From the NCBI GenBank assembly GCA_039915085.1, contig JBDSOC010000074.1, positions 108 through 64,107 of the forward strand: a DNA stretch of 64,000 nt, given 5' to 3'. The stretch comes from Chitinophagaceae bacterium. Its GTDB lineage: Bacteria > Bacteroidota > Bacteroidia > Chitinophagales > Chitinophagaceae. Position numbers and translations under genes: made by a program. Shown in pieces: positions 37,289 to 47,689 of this stretch; position 1 is the stretch's first letter; every line of letters begins with the position of its first letter. The notes under the pieces were generated by a model. That model saw only the letters and a program-made list of their open reading frames with translations, was not told the origin of the DNA and did no database searches.

Positions 37289-40200
37289 TTATGCAGGAAT
37301 CGTTTCCACCTGCAATGCATTAATTATAATTTTATTTTCTGCTTTTTGTTTGTAGGGCCGGGAAAAATAAGAATAGACTGCAGGTATTACATATAAAGTC
37401 AATATGCCTGCAAACATTAACCCGCCTACTACTACAATACCCAATGATGTTCTGCTGCCTGAAGAAGTACCCAACGATAATGCAATGGGTAATGTTCCAA
37501 AAATCATAGCGAGTGTGGTCATGAGTATAGGACGAAACCTTGAAATAGCAGCGGCGAGTACAGCTTCACGCACACTCATACCTTCTGCTTTGCGCTGGTT
37601 GGCAAATTCTACTATCAGGATCCCGTTTTTGGTAATCAATCCTATCAGCATGATAATACCAATCTCACTGAACACATTAATAGACTGATGCGTGATCCAC
37701 AGACTGAGTAATGCACCCGTTACTGCCATTGGCACGGTTAAGAGAATGATGAAAGGATCAATTAAACTCTCAAACTGTGCTGCCAGTACCAGGTAAATAA
37801 GGAGTATGGCGAATATGAATGCGAAAATTAAACTGGAACTGCTTTCAGCAAAATCGCGGCTCTGTCCTGCCAGTGCTGTTCTGAATCCGGGAGGCAATAC
37901 TTTTTTAGTGATCTCATCCATTTCCTTTATTGCTTCTCCTAAACTAACCCCAGGTGCAGGTGTTGCTGAAATAGTAGCACTGTAAGACTGATTATAACGA
38001 TACAAAGCGGGCGGGCTTACACTTTCTTTCATGTTCACCAGGTTGTCCAGTGAAACCATTTCGCCTCCGGCTGATTTTAAAAACAATGAGCGCAGATCAG
38101 CAGGTGCTGAACGTTCCTGCCTGTCCAACTGTCCTATCACTTCATACTGGCGATCGTTATGAATGAAATAACCATATCTTCTGCCGCTTAAAGCAAGCTG
38201 CAGTGTACGGCCAATCTCCTGGGTACTGATACCAGACTGTGCAGCACGCTGCCTGTCGATGGTGATACCTATTTCGGGACGATCCACTTTAAAATCAGGG
38301 TTTTGAAACGATAGCTTTTTACTTTGATATACCTGCCCCATTAATTTGGGCATGACATCAATCAAACTTTTAAGGTCAGGTGCCTGTACCACATATTCCA
38401 ATGGTTGATCACTGGAGAAACCACCAATAGTTGGAATCTGGATGGGGATACAAATAACATTTCTGAATTTTTGAGAAGCCATTACCAGTTTCTGGTAAAT
38501 CTGTGCCTGTGTTAAACCACTTTTTCTATCTTTTGGATCTTTCAGGAATATCCATTGAAATCCACCATTCACAGGCTGCACAAGTGTTCCAATAGAAGCA
38601 GCAATACCGGCGTAGGTTCTGTTATTATTCAAATCCGGTATAGAATCCGATACATAATTGCTGATCGCCTTCATAGTCTCTTCCATGCTTTCATAAGAAG
38701 TCCCTTCCGGAGCAATGACTGCCAATCCCACCATAGAACGATCTTCCAGCGGTGCAAGTTCAGAAGGTAATTTTGGCGCCAGTAAATAAGCTAGGCCAAA
38801 TGACAGTAACAATAATGCAAAACCCAGCCACCTGAACTTAAAAAAACCGCGCAATGTTTTTTCATAGCCATTGTTCAGTGCTACAAACCATGGTTCGGTC
38901 TTTTGATATAACCAGTTGTGCGATGTATGTGCTTTTAGAAGATAGGCACTCATCATAGGTGATAAGGTTAATGCAACAAATGCAGATATTAATACCGAGC
39001 CTGATACAACAACAGCAAATTCCCTGAATAATTTACCGGTAATACCACCCAAAAATAAAATAGGAAGAAATACTGCTGCCAGTGTAACAGTTGTGGAAAT
39101 TACAGCAAAATAAATTTCACCTGAGCCTTTGCGTGCTGCTTCCAGCGGTGTCATACCCTGCTCTATCTTACTATAAATATTTTCCAGTACCACAATGGCA
39201 TCATCCACCACCAGGCCAATGGCCAGTACCAGCCCAAGTAAGGTTAATACATTGATAGAAAAATTACCGATGTACATAATAAAGAATGCTGAAATAATAG
39301 AAACAGGAATGGCTACCAGTGGTATGATGGTACTTCTCCAGTCGCGCAGAAATACAAAGATGATAATCGCAACCAGGCCAAATGCCAGCAACAATGTCTC
39401 TCCAACTTCAGATAGTGAATTACGGACCGGAACGGTAAAATCTTTTCCCAATGAAATAATATAATCTTTGGGTGCGGTTTTTACTATATCGTCAAAGCGC
39501 TTTCTGAATTCATCCACAATAGCCAGTGAATTGGCGCCGCGTTGCGGTTGCACACCGGTACCCACACCGTAGCGGGCGGTATTTCCTTCGCTCACAATCA
39601 TAGCCGTTCTTTCATTCTGTGAAGACATAATGGCTGTGCCAATATCTTTGAAACGAACGATGGCCCCACCCTGTTCCCGTAATATCATGTTATTGAAATC
39701 ATCTTCTGTTACCAGTCTTCCCTGCGTACGCAATGTAACTTCTGTATTTTGTCCTTCAATACGGCCACTGGGCAAGTCAACATTTTCGCGTTGCAATGCC
39801 GCCTGCACATCAGAAGGTGTAAGCTGGTAAGAAGCCAGCTTTACCGGATCCATCCGCAAACGCATGGATCTTTTACGGCCCGCATAAGAATCTACCAATC
39901 TTACGCCGGGGATAGATTGCAAACGTTCTTTGATATTGATATTAACGAAATCTGTTACATCTTCCAGGCTTTTTGTATCGCTTTGTACGGTTAAGAACAC
40001 CAGGAAATCAGGCGGACCGGATTTTTCAACAATGGTTGGTTCAATATCTGCAGGTAATTGCTGGCGCGATTTGGAAACTTTATCACGTACATCATTAGCC
40101 GCTGCTTCAAGATCGGCATTCAGGTTAAATTCGACCGTGATAATACTTACCTGTTCACGTGATTGGGATGACATAGCACGAATGCCATTTGCTTCTGCCA

Positions 40201-40414
40201 CGGCTTCTTCCAGTGGTTTGGTTACCTGCGAAGCAATAATGTCTGCGCTGGCGCCGGGGTAAACAGTTGTGATGGTAACTATCGGTGAATCTGTTACCGG
40301 GTATTCTCTTGTTCCTAAAAATGTATAACCCACAATGCCAAACAAAACCAGCAGCACCGACATAACGCCTGCCAGTACCGGGCGGGATATACTTACTTGT
40401 GAAATAGCACTCAT
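37289..40414 (-). CDS. RND efflux transporter permease (AcrB/HAE1-like)
   Basis: 1041 aa with 12 TM helices and two large periplasmic loops. Conserved segments include GLVVDDAIVVLENI and IGLITKNGILIVEFAN. Confidence 0.95.
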   Translation of the reverse strand: MSAISQVSISRPVLAGVMSVLLVLFGIVGYTFLGTREYPVTDSPIVTITTVYPGASADIIASQVTKPLEEAVAEANGIRAMSSQSREQVSIITVEFNLNADLEAAANDVRDKVSKSRQQLPADIEPTIVEKSGPPDFLVFLTVQSDTKSLEDVTDFVNINIKERLQSIPGVRLVDSYAGRKRSMRLRMDPVKLASYQLTPSDVQAALQRENVDLPSGRIEGQNTEVTLRTQGRLVTEDDFNNMILREQGGAIVRFKDIGTAIMSSQNERTAMIVSEGNTARYGVGTGVQPQRGANSLAIVDEFRKRFDDIVKTAPKDYIISLGKDFTVPVRNSLSEVGETLLLAFGLVAIIIFVFLRDWRSTIIPLVAIPVSIISAFFIMYIGNFSINVLTLLGLVLAIGLVVDDAIVVLENIYSKIEQGMTPLEAARKGSGEIYFAVISTTVTLAAVFLPILFLGGITGKLFREFAVVVSGSVLISAFVALTLSPMMSAYLLKAHTSHNWLYQKTEPWFVALNNGYEKTLRGFFKFRWLGFALLLLSFGLAYLLAPKLPSELAPLEDRSMVGLAVIAPEGTSYESMEETMKAISNYVSDSIPDLNNNRTYAGIAASIGTLVQPVNGGFQWIFLKDPKDRKSGLTQAQIYQKLVMASQKFRNVICIPIQIPTIGGFSSDQPLEYVVQAPDLKSLIDVMPKLMGQVYQSKKLSFQNPDFKVDRPEIGITIDRQRAAQSGISTQEIGRTLQLALSGRRYGYFIHNDRQYEVIGQLDRQERSAPADLRSLFLKSAGGEMVSLDNLVNMKESVSPPALYRYNQSYSATISATPAPGVSLGEAIKEMDEITKKVLPPGFRTALAGQSRDFAESSSSLIFAFIFAILLIYLVLAAQFESLIDPFIILLTVPMAVTGALLSLWITHQSINVFSEIGIIMLIGLITKNGILIVEFANQRKAEGMSVREAVLAAAISRFRPILMTTLAMIFGTLPIALSLGTSSGSRTSLGIVVVGGLMFAGILTLYVIPAVYSYFSRPYKQKAENKIIINALQVETIPA

Positions 40415-40560
40415 GATTAGTTGATTTGTTGATCTGTAAACAGGTTGAAAAATTACCCGCTGATCAGTTAATTAATTTTTTCAGATTGGTTAATGGGTTA
40501 GGCAAGCCAGCTGGTCATGAACAATACTTGTTTTACCAGTCAACCCTTCAATCAATCAAC

Positions 40561-41655
40561 TTACTTTACGGTTACAAATTGTACCGCTGCACCGGGTACG
40601 AGCCTTAACAGGTTGCTTGTAACAACGGTATCTCCATTGTTTAGTCCATGTAAAATTTCTACTGCATATGGACTGCGCTGGCCAATGTCTACCGGTACCA
40701 GCTGTACGATATTGTTTTTAACCGTATAAACATTGTATCCTTGCGAGGAAGGCATCAATGCCTGCGAAGAAACCATCAGTGCATCAGCAGATGAATGCAA
40801 TGCTAAATGCAAACGTGCACTCTGGCCGGGTAACAATATCCTTCCGGGGTTTGGACTGATAGCTCTTACCAATAATGTTCGTGTATTCTGATCAAGCCTT
40901 GCTTCCCTTGCAATTACTTTAGCGGTATATTGTTTTGTATCCGAAGTAACTGTAAATTTCTGTTCGCTGCCTGGTGTAATAACATGCGCATATTTTTCAG
41001 GTACCTGGAAATCCAGTTTTACCACGCTGTTATCTTCTAAATTGGTAAGAATGGTATTTACAGAAACAACAGCTCCGGTATAAACATGTACAATACCAAC
41101 CTGGCCGCTGAATGGCGCCCTGATACGTGTTTTGCTGATGGTTACCTGCAATTCGGCAACTTGCGACTGCAATACCTTAAGGTTAGTAAAAGCCTGGTCA
41201 TAGTCCTGTTGCACAACTGCTTCGTGTGTAATAAGATCACGCATGCGTTCTTCATTCAGTGTTGCCAGTTTTTCCTGCTGACGCAGCTTTTCCAGTTGTG
41301 CCAGTAAATCCGCATTGTCCATTTCAAAAAGCAATTGTCCTGCTTGTACGTAAGCGCCTTCTTTTACATTTACGCGGACTATTTTACGGGTAAGTTCGCT
41401 TACAATATCTACCTGTTGGTTAGCGGCCAGTGAACCGGTTATTTCCAGTTCTTCTTTTAATGAAGCAGGTTTAATAATGGTACCATCCACTGGTGTTGCC
41501 TGCACAGCAACGGGGGTTACAGGAGATTTTTCTTTCTCCTTTTCTTTTGCACTGGCGTAGCAGCCGGAAATAAGAACAATCAGGGACAAATAAAGAGCAA
41601 CAAACAGGAATTGCCTGGTGATGGGTTGGTGTCTGGTTAATTTTTGCGTTGACAT
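40561..41655 (-). CDS. efflux RND periplasmic adaptor (membrane fusion protein, HlyD family)
   Basis: It has the lipobox LISGC, a coiled-coil hairpin and a beta-barrel domain. It lies immediately upstream of the RND pump. Confidence 0.9.
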   Translation of the reverse strand: MSTQKLTRHQPITRQFLFVALYLSLIVLISGCYASAKEKEKEKSPVTPVAVQATPVDGTIIKPASLKEELEITGSLAANQQVDIVSELTRKIVRVNVKEGAYVQAGQLLFEMDNADLLAQLEKLRQQEKLATLNEERMRDLITHEAVVQQDYDQAFTNLKVLQSQVAELQVTISKTRIRAPFSGQVGIVHVYTGAVVSVNTILTNLEDNSVVKLDFQVPEKYAHVITPGSEQKFTVTSDTKQYTAKVIAREARLDQNTRTLLVRAISPNPGRILLPGQSARLHLALHSSADALMVSSQALMPSSQGYNVYTVKNNIVQLVPVDIGQRSPYAVEILHGLNNGDTVVTSNLLRLVPGAAVQFVTVK

Positions 41656-41780
41656 GATAATTATTATTAGATTTATTCAAATTATTCAATAAATAAGTGC
41701 GAACTTCATGGGTCAGGAACTGAAAAAGAAAACAAAAGTATAGATATATTTAAATATTTCAATAAATAAAACAAAAAAAA

Positions 41781-42056
41781 TTATATTTTAAATGCTTCCA
41801 GGAAAGCGATGTACTCATCCAGCAATTTGCTATTAAGGTAATAACGTACATTTCTCCCCTCTTTATCAGAGGTAACCAGTTCACTATCTATTAATAGTTT
41901 AAGGTGATGTGCTATAGAAGGCTGGGCAAGATTGATGGTATTGTTCAGATCAACACAATAAAGACATGACTTACTCTTCTTGATCTCTTTCAGAATAGTT
42001 AGCCGGTTTGGGTCGGCCAGCGCTTTCGAAATCTTTTCTGCTTTTTTTGCGTCCAT
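41781..42056 (-). CDS. ArsR/SmtB-family HTH transcriptional regulator
   Basis: The sequence LADPNRLTILKEI...SCLYCVDL...LAQPSIAHHLKLL...GRNVRYYL fits a winged HTH, with a C-x-x-C at the alpha3 metal-site position. Confidence 0.85.
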   Translation of the reverse strand: MDAKKAEKISKALADPNRLTILKEIKKSKSCLYCVDLNNTINLAQPSIAHHLKLLIDSELVTSDKEGRNVRYYLNSKLLDEYIAFLEAFKI

Positions 42057-42088
42057 AAAAAATAATTACCCCACAAATATATAATCTA

Positions 42089-42111
42089 TTTATCGAAGTT
42101 TTTCAATAAAT
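42089..42111. promoter_or_regulatory. candidate ArsR-type operator (imperfect inverted repeat TTTATCGAA-N-TTCAATAAA) upstream of arsR
   Basis: tttatcgaagtttttcaataaat lies 33-55 nt upstream of the arsR ATG. The right half, ttcaataaat, recurs exactly at 41685 and 41758. Confidence 0.3.
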
Positions 42112-42235
42112 GACTAATGTTAACTTTTCCACAGGTTTTTATGATCGTAGTCAAAATGCCTAATCACACACTCAACACGAATCATATCTCCAAACACTTC
42201 ATGAATCTGAAGATTAGCATTAAAAAGTAATAGTC

Positions 42236-42991
42236 CTACTTACCAGGATACCAGTTACGCAACCTTACTTCTATTTTCTGGTTGCCTTCATCTATCATAC
42301 TTTTAAACGAATTGATATCGCTTAAACCATCTTTACCGCGGTAGTGATATGGATAGACAATCCTGGGTTTAAATGCCAGCACCGCATCAGCTGCTTCTTT
42401 TACATCCATGGTATAGGGCAGGTTCATGCAAACAAATGCCACATCAATAGCGGCCAGCGAACGCATTTCAGGAATACCCTGTGTATCACCAGAAATATAA
42501 ATATTTTTGCCGCCGATGCCCAGCACATAGCCATTGCCCCTTCCTTTCGTATGCATTGCAGCAGCACTTTCAGGCAGATTGTACATCGGGATGGCCCTTA
42601 TAGCAATACCTGACTGGGTTTTGCTTTCACCGTTTTTCATAATTACCAGGTGCGTTTTATCAGCTTCCGGCAATTTATCTGCTACCACCTGTGGTACTAT
42701 CAATATTGTATTGGCTGTTTTAAGTGCTTCAATGCTTTTTATGTCGAAATGGTCACCATGAATATCTGTTATAAGAATGATATTGGGTGCGGCCAGCCCT
42801 TTGTAATTTTCGGGGCCCGAAGGATCAGCATAAATAACCATACTATTTATGCTTAATACAAGACTGGCGTGCTGAACAGGCTGAATAATAATGGCGCCTG
42901 TAGTAGTTTGCAAAGTATCCGGGGCAGCCAGTTGCGCGTTTGCAGTATACAAGCCGGTAACTAATAATAAAACGAGAAAAATAGTTTTCAT
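42236..42991 (-). CDS. MBL-fold metallo-hydrolase, secreted
   Basis: There is a signal peptide. ITDIHGDHFD is an HxHxDH-like motif of the metallo-beta-lactamase fold. Confidence 0.8.
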   Translation of the reverse strand: MKTIFLVLLLVTGLYTANAQLAAPDTLQTTTGAIIIQPVQHASLVLSINSMVIYADPSGPENYKGLAAPNIILITDIHGDHFDIKSIEALKTANTILIVPQVVADKLPEADKTHLVIMKNGESKTQSGIAIRAIPMYNLPESAAAMHTKGRGNGYVLGIGGKNIYISGDTQGIPEMRSLAAIDVAFVCMNLPYTMDVKEAADAVLAFKPRIVYPYHYRGKDGLSDINSFKSMIDEGNQKIEVRLRNWYPGK

Positions 42992-43096
42992 AATAATTTA
43001 TTGTTTAAAAACTGTATCCAAATTTACAAAGGACTTACAAGGGATGATTGCAATACAATAGTGTATCACAAATTATGCCTGCCTTACGGCATCGTA

Positions 43097-43978
43097 TCAT
43101 TTTCCGTCTGCCTGCTTCTGGTAAACCCTCACATAATCCACTTCAAACTTATTGGGGAATTGTGTATGGGAAGGATCGCCCCCATTCATACCTCCCATTG
43201 CCAGGTTCAGCAACATATAATGTGGCTTCATAAAAGAATTAATGCCAGATCCATCTTTGTTTACCAGCATATTTAACTCAACCTTATTCATCAGTATATC
43301 ATCCATATAAATGGCAATTGAATTTTCATCCCAGTCCATACGCCAAACATGAAATTTTGAAGCCCATGATGCACCACCCAATGAATCTGCAGGTTTTGTT
43401 TTACTAAACCACTCCGCTTTTTTACCAAGCCCCATGCAGGCAATATTTGCCAGTATTTTATTATTGTAATACTCCATAATATCTATCTCGCCATTCGCGG
43501 GCCATCTTCCTACTGTTCCCAGCGTCCACCACGCCGGCCATAATCCTGCGCTGATATCAATCCTGCCGCGCATAATAAAACGCCCGTATTTCCATGCAAA
43601 TTTTCCTGCGGTATTAATGCTGGAAGAGGTGTACCTGATACTGTCCCTGCTTTTTTTCCAATCATTGCTGCCTGTTGTGTAAAGAGGGTTTGGCTTTGAT
43701 TCCCTGCGCCCTTCTATAACCAGATAACCGTTTTTACAGTAAGCGTTTTGTGGTTGGTACCATTGCAATTCCTGGTTGCGGACAAAACCTTTTTCAAACC
43801 CCCAGCTTGCCGTATCCGGGGCACCCTCTTTGTTGAACTCATCGGCCCATACCAGGTGGTATCCATCAGCTTGCAGGCCTGAATCTGCAACAGCAGTTGC
43901 GGTTTGTTGCCCATTACAATTATTTGAAACCACAAACAATAAACCTGAAAAAACAATTGCAGCCGTTTTAATACGCAT
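43097..43978 (-). CDS. glycoside hydrolase family 16 (beta-glucanase/laminarinase-like)
   Basis: There is a signal peptide. The catalytic motif GEIDIMEY (ExDxxE) and WPAWW are present. Confidence 0.85.
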   Translation of the reverse strand: MRIKTAAIVFSGLLFVVSNNCNGQQTATAVADSGLQADGYHLVWADEFNKEGAPDTASWGFEKGFVRNQELQWYQPQNAYCKNGYLVIEGRRESKPNPLYTTGSNDWKKSRDSIRYTSSSINTAGKFAWKYGRFIMRGRIDISAGLWPAWWTLGTVGRWPANGEIDIMEYYNNKILANIACMGLGKKAEWFSKTKPADSLGGASWASKFHVWRMDWDENSIAIYMDDILMNKVELNMLVNKDGSGINSFMKPHYMLLNLAMGGMNGGDPSHTQFPNKFEVDYVRVYQKQADGK

Positions 43979-44057
43979 ACATTACTGCTTATTTTGATTA
44001 ATTTTAATTTGCTGGCTTATAAGCACGCATTCCTGATCTCTATTCTAAATCAAATAC

Positions 44058-45065
44058 ATGACTAAAAATATACAATCCGCTGTAATACTTGCCGTTTTAT
44101 CTTTATTTATATCTTCCCGTGCTTATGATCAAAAGCAACCGCCTGTATCCATTATTTTTGATACAGATATGGGGCCGGATTATGATGATATTGGTGCCAT
44201 TACTTTATTGCATGCTATGGCAGACAGTGGCGAATGCAACATATTGGCTACCATAGCAAGCAACCAGCACCAATACATTGCCGCTGTATTAAACGTAATG
44301 AATACGTATTTCAAACGGCCCGATATTCCTGTTGGCGTAGTGGGTGGCAATGCGGTTAACATAACCTCATTTCAAAAATGGGATTCGTTGCTGGTAGCAG
44401 ATTATCCGCATACCATTCAATCTAATAACCAGGCGGAAGATGCACTGACACTGTACCGGAAAATACTGGCCGCAGCACCCGATAAAAGTATAACAATAGT
44501 AACAGTTGGTTTTTTAACCAATATGGCTAACCTGCTGCAATCAGGACCGGATAAATTCTCACCCAAAAATGGCAGAGATTTAATTAAGCAAAAAGTAAAA
44601 TTATTGGTGAGCATGGCAGGAAGATTTGATAATGAAATGGGAAAGTTCAAAGAATTTAATGTAGTAAAAGATGCGGCTTCTTCTGTAACAGCATTTACTG
44701 ACTGGCCTGCACCTGTTATTCTCAGTGGATTTGAGATCGGGGTTAAAATATTTACCGGTCTGCCCATTGTAAACAATGCTTCAATACAACATTCACCTGT
44801 AAAAGATGTTTTTGCCCGCAGCATTCCGCTTGATAAAAATGATAAAAATGGACGCATGAGCTGGGATGAAACGGCAGTGCTGGTAGCAGTAAGGGGTTAT
44901 GAAAAATATTTTACTGCAGTAAAAGGTAAAATTATATGCAATGCGGATGGCAGTAACGGATGGGATCCAAAAGGCAACCGTGATTATTACCTGGTACAAA
45001 AAATACCCAATCCTGAAATGGAAAAACTGCTGAACGATTTAATCATGCACCAGCCAAAGCAATAA
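44058..45065 (+). CDS. nucleoside hydrolase (IUNH)-like protein, secreted
   Basis: An N-terminal aspartate cluster, IIFDTDMGPDYDDIGAI (DxDxxxDD), follows a signal peptide. Confidence 0.7.
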   Translation: MTKNIQSAVILAVLSLFISSRAYDQKQPPVSIIFDTDMGPDYDDIGAITLLHAMADSGECNILATIASNQHQYIAAVLNVMNTYFKRPDIPVGVVGGNAVNITSFQKWDSLLVADYPHTIQSNNQAEDALTLYRKILAAAPDKSITIVTVGFLTNMANLLQSGPDKFSPKNGRDLIKQKVKLLVSMAGRFDNEMGKFKEFNVVKDAASSVTAFTDWPAPVILSGFEIGVKIFTGLPIVNNASIQHSPVKDVFARSIPLDKNDKNGRMSWDETAVLVAVRGYEKYFTAVKGKIICNADGSNGWDPKGNRDYYLVQKIPNPEMEKLLNDLIMHQPKQ

Positions 45066-45066
45066 A

Positions 45067-46713
45067 TCATTTGTTACTCATCATCATTTCTATTAAGCGC
45101 TTATCCCTGTTGTAAATATCATCTCTTAAATTAAGCTGGCCTTTACGATCTACCCAGGCGGTGAAATATGTTATAAAAACCGGAACTTCTTTACGCAGTG
45201 TTACATATTTTTCTTTACCTGTTTTCATAGCAGCTGTTATTTTATCGTCGGTCCATGAAGCCTCATTGCGTAATAAATAAGCCGCCAGTTTTTTGGGCTC
45301 GGCCAGCCTGATACAACCATGGCTGAAATCCCTTTTACTTTCTCTAAATAAAGTTTTAGCAGGTGTATCATGAAAATAAATACTGTAACTATTGGGAAAT
45401 AAAAATTTAACCTGTCCCAATGAATTCCATGGACCAGGAATTTGCCGTACTCCGTTTCCCCATTTTTCCATGTGGTGCAGAACAAGATAGTTCTTGTTTT
45501 TTCGCATACCGGGCAGCACTTCTGTTTTATAAATACTGTTCGGTACATTCCAGTAAGGACTGAACACTATATACTTCAGGTGGCCCGAAAAGATAACCGT
45601 TTTACTTGCAGATTTTCCAACTACCACCTTCATACTCCAGTTAAGTGTATCATTACTGTACGAATGCAATTTAAATTCAGGGATATTAACAGCGAGATAT
45701 TCTCCGCTCACCGCCATCGGTAACCATCGGCTTCTTTCCATGTTTACCAAAATCTTTTCTATTTTATCGTGCAACGGCCTGTTTAATTCCCGAATCATTG
45801 CCCGCCCGATAATACCATCTTCCTTAATTCCATAACGGTGCTGAAAATTTTTCACTGCTTCCTGTAAAGCAGTATCAAATAAAAAGGTTGAATCAGGAAT
45901 TACTAAATCGCCTGTCATCCAAAGCTTTTCCTTTATTTCTTTTATGACAAACGAAGAATCATGTAAACCATACGATTTTTTATCACTTACCATTTGCGGC
46001 CAGTTTGCCCCCTTATCCATTTGCTGGTATTTCTCCAGAAAGCCTTTAAGCAGGTTATATTGCCGGTACACCGGCTCTCCCGTGTGGTTAAATCCTTCAG
46101 GTGTTTTTAATAAGGAATCCAGCCATTGTTTATAGGATACCTTTTTTCTGGGTACATACCACTCTATCCTGGTTGTCGCATCTTTATCAAGTCCATCCCA
46201 AACCTTATGCGCAAAATAAAAGTAAAGCCCGGAAATCAATATTTCTGATTCAGTTTGTTGCCTTCGCTCTTGCGTATCAGTGTTTTCCATCAGGCTATCA
46301 AAGTTTTCCAGGTAAGGGACAGCCGCTGTAATTCCATCTGCAGGTAAATTCCTCACGCGCGAATAAAAATTACCTGCCTGTTCTATAAGTCCATTATTAT
46401 CATGCCAGGCAAATGAAAAATTCCGGTTCCTGTAAAAAAGTTCTACGTCTTTTCTATATGGGGCGAGCAAAGTATATTTTGAGAAAAAACCATTTATCTC
46501 AATACTATCAAATTTCAGTACCGCCTGATCACTGAATTTTCCATTGAGTTCAATGGCCATTTTTGCAGCAGGTGTATTACCCGAATCCTGCTGCACCTTT
46601 TTAATGTCTGGTGATGGTGGATTTTTACATTGCCCGGCTGTTATTAAAAACATCAGTAAGACCCGTTTGGATGTCTTTACTATTTCACATCCAATTTTAT
46701 GATACATCGCCAT
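45067..46713 (-). CDS. L,D-transpeptidase (YcbB/LdtD-like, with PG-binding domain)
   Basis: The YkuD domain carries the active site FSHGCIRL, and a peptidoglycan-binding repeat is present (LQEAVKNFQHRYGIKEDGIIG). I moved the start to the ATG at 46713 to avoid running into the upstream gene. The lipoprotein-like LITAGQC follows. Confidence 0.8.
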   Translation of the reverse strand: MAMYHKIGCEIVKTSKRVLLMFLITAGQCKNPPSPDIKKVQQDSGNTPAAKMAIELNGKFSDQAVLKFDSIEINGFFSKYTLLAPYRKDVELFYRNRNFSFAWHDNNGLIEQAGNFYSRVRNLPADGITAAVPYLENFDSLMENTDTQERRQQTESEILISGLYFYFAHKVWDGLDKDATTRIEWYVPRKKVSYKQWLDSLLKTPEGFNHTGEPVYRQYNLLKGFLEKYQQMDKGANWPQMVSDKKSYGLHDSSFVIKEIKEKLWMTGDLVIPDSTFLFDTALQEAVKNFQHRYGIKEDGIIGRAMIRELNRPLHDKIEKILVNMERSRWLPMAVSGEYLAVNIPEFKLHSYSNDTLNWSMKVVVGKSASKTVIFSGHLKYIVFSPYWNVPNSIYKTEVLPGMRKNKNYLVLHHMEKWGNGVRQIPGPWNSLGQVKFLFPNSYSIYFHDTPAKTLFRESKRDFSHGCIRLAEPKKLAAYLLRNEASWTDDKITAAMKTGKEKYVTLRKEVPVFITYFTAWVDRKGQLNLRDDIYNRDKRLIEMMMSNK

Positions 46714-46735
46714 AGGTATTTTATTAAATGCAAGT

Positions 46736-47689
46736 TTATGGTTGTTGCATGTTAATAATAAAAGAATACCCGGCAACAAACCCTGAAAAATCCTGCTTAA
46801 GTCTATAAGATTTAATTTGCAGGAAATTTCCATACCTTCTTAATTGAAGGTAATGAAATAATGGTTTATAGGAAAGTGCTGCATCCACCGGCATATTTGC
46901 TTTTACCGTTAATGGCTGGTGCAGGCCCCCACCGCCACCAATGACAAGAAAATTTTTTTTCTGATATTTAAAATGTTCAAAAGCGTGCGCGTGACCAGTT
47001 ATAAAAAGAACGCATTTTTTTGTAGTTAAAAAGGCAGGAAGAAATTGCTGTCTTACACCTGCAGACGGCTTTACAATATTACTGTTGGTAAATACGGGGT
47101 GGTGCGAAGTGACAATAATTCCTTTAATACCTGTATGGTTATTAAGTGAATCGACTGCCCTGCTATACCATTGCTGCTGTTGTTCAACTTCATTTGGAGA
47201 CAGCTTGCTGAAATTTGAATTTAAAAGTATAATTGCGATGGAATCAATTACTTCCAGGTAGCCAGTCCGGTGATGATCAGGAAAACGCCTGTTAAAATTT
47301 TTCTCTCCTCTTCTGTCTCTTACCATCACATCGTGATTGCCGAGCAGCCCATATACTTTCAGGCCCTGCTGTTTTGCACTGTCAATAAATTTATCAATTT
47401 CGCGCCATTTCTTATTCTTATAAGCCAACGAAACAATATCGCCCAGCATAAACAAGGCTGATGGTTTATCATGCAGGATGGAAGAAAAAATCATTGCCGT
47501 GGCCCGTATATTTTGTGTTGGCTTCAGGTAAATTTTTTCTACCCCAAGTGGTTGTTGTGTGTCACTCACAAAATCAATTGTGGTAGCTGAAAGAGAATCG
47601 GGTATTATTACCTGTGCTGTTATGTTTAAACAAAAAATACAAGTGCAAAAAATTGCAAAAAAGGGCTTTATGTATTTTGTAATTACCAT
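46736..47689 (-). CDS. metallophosphoesterase (calcineurin-like)
   Basis: The motifs GDIVS, LLGNHD and ITGHAH are present, along with a signal peptide. Confidence 0.8.
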   Translation of the reverse strand: MVITKYIKPFFAIFCTCIFCLNITAQVIIPDSLSATTIDFVSDTQQPLGVEKIYLKPTQNIRATAMIFSSILHDKPSALFMLGDIVSLAYKNKKWREIDKFIDSAKQQGLKVYGLLGNHDVMVRDRRGEKNFNRRFPDHHRTGYLEVIDSIAIILLNSNFSKLSPNEVEQQQQWYSRAVDSLNNHTGIKGIIVTSHHPVFTNSNIVKPSAGVRQQFLPAFLTTKKCVLFITGHAHAFEHFKYQKKNFLVIGGGGGLHQPLTVKANMPVDAALSYKPLFHYLQLRRYGNFLQIKSYRLKQDFSGFVAGYSFIINMQQP

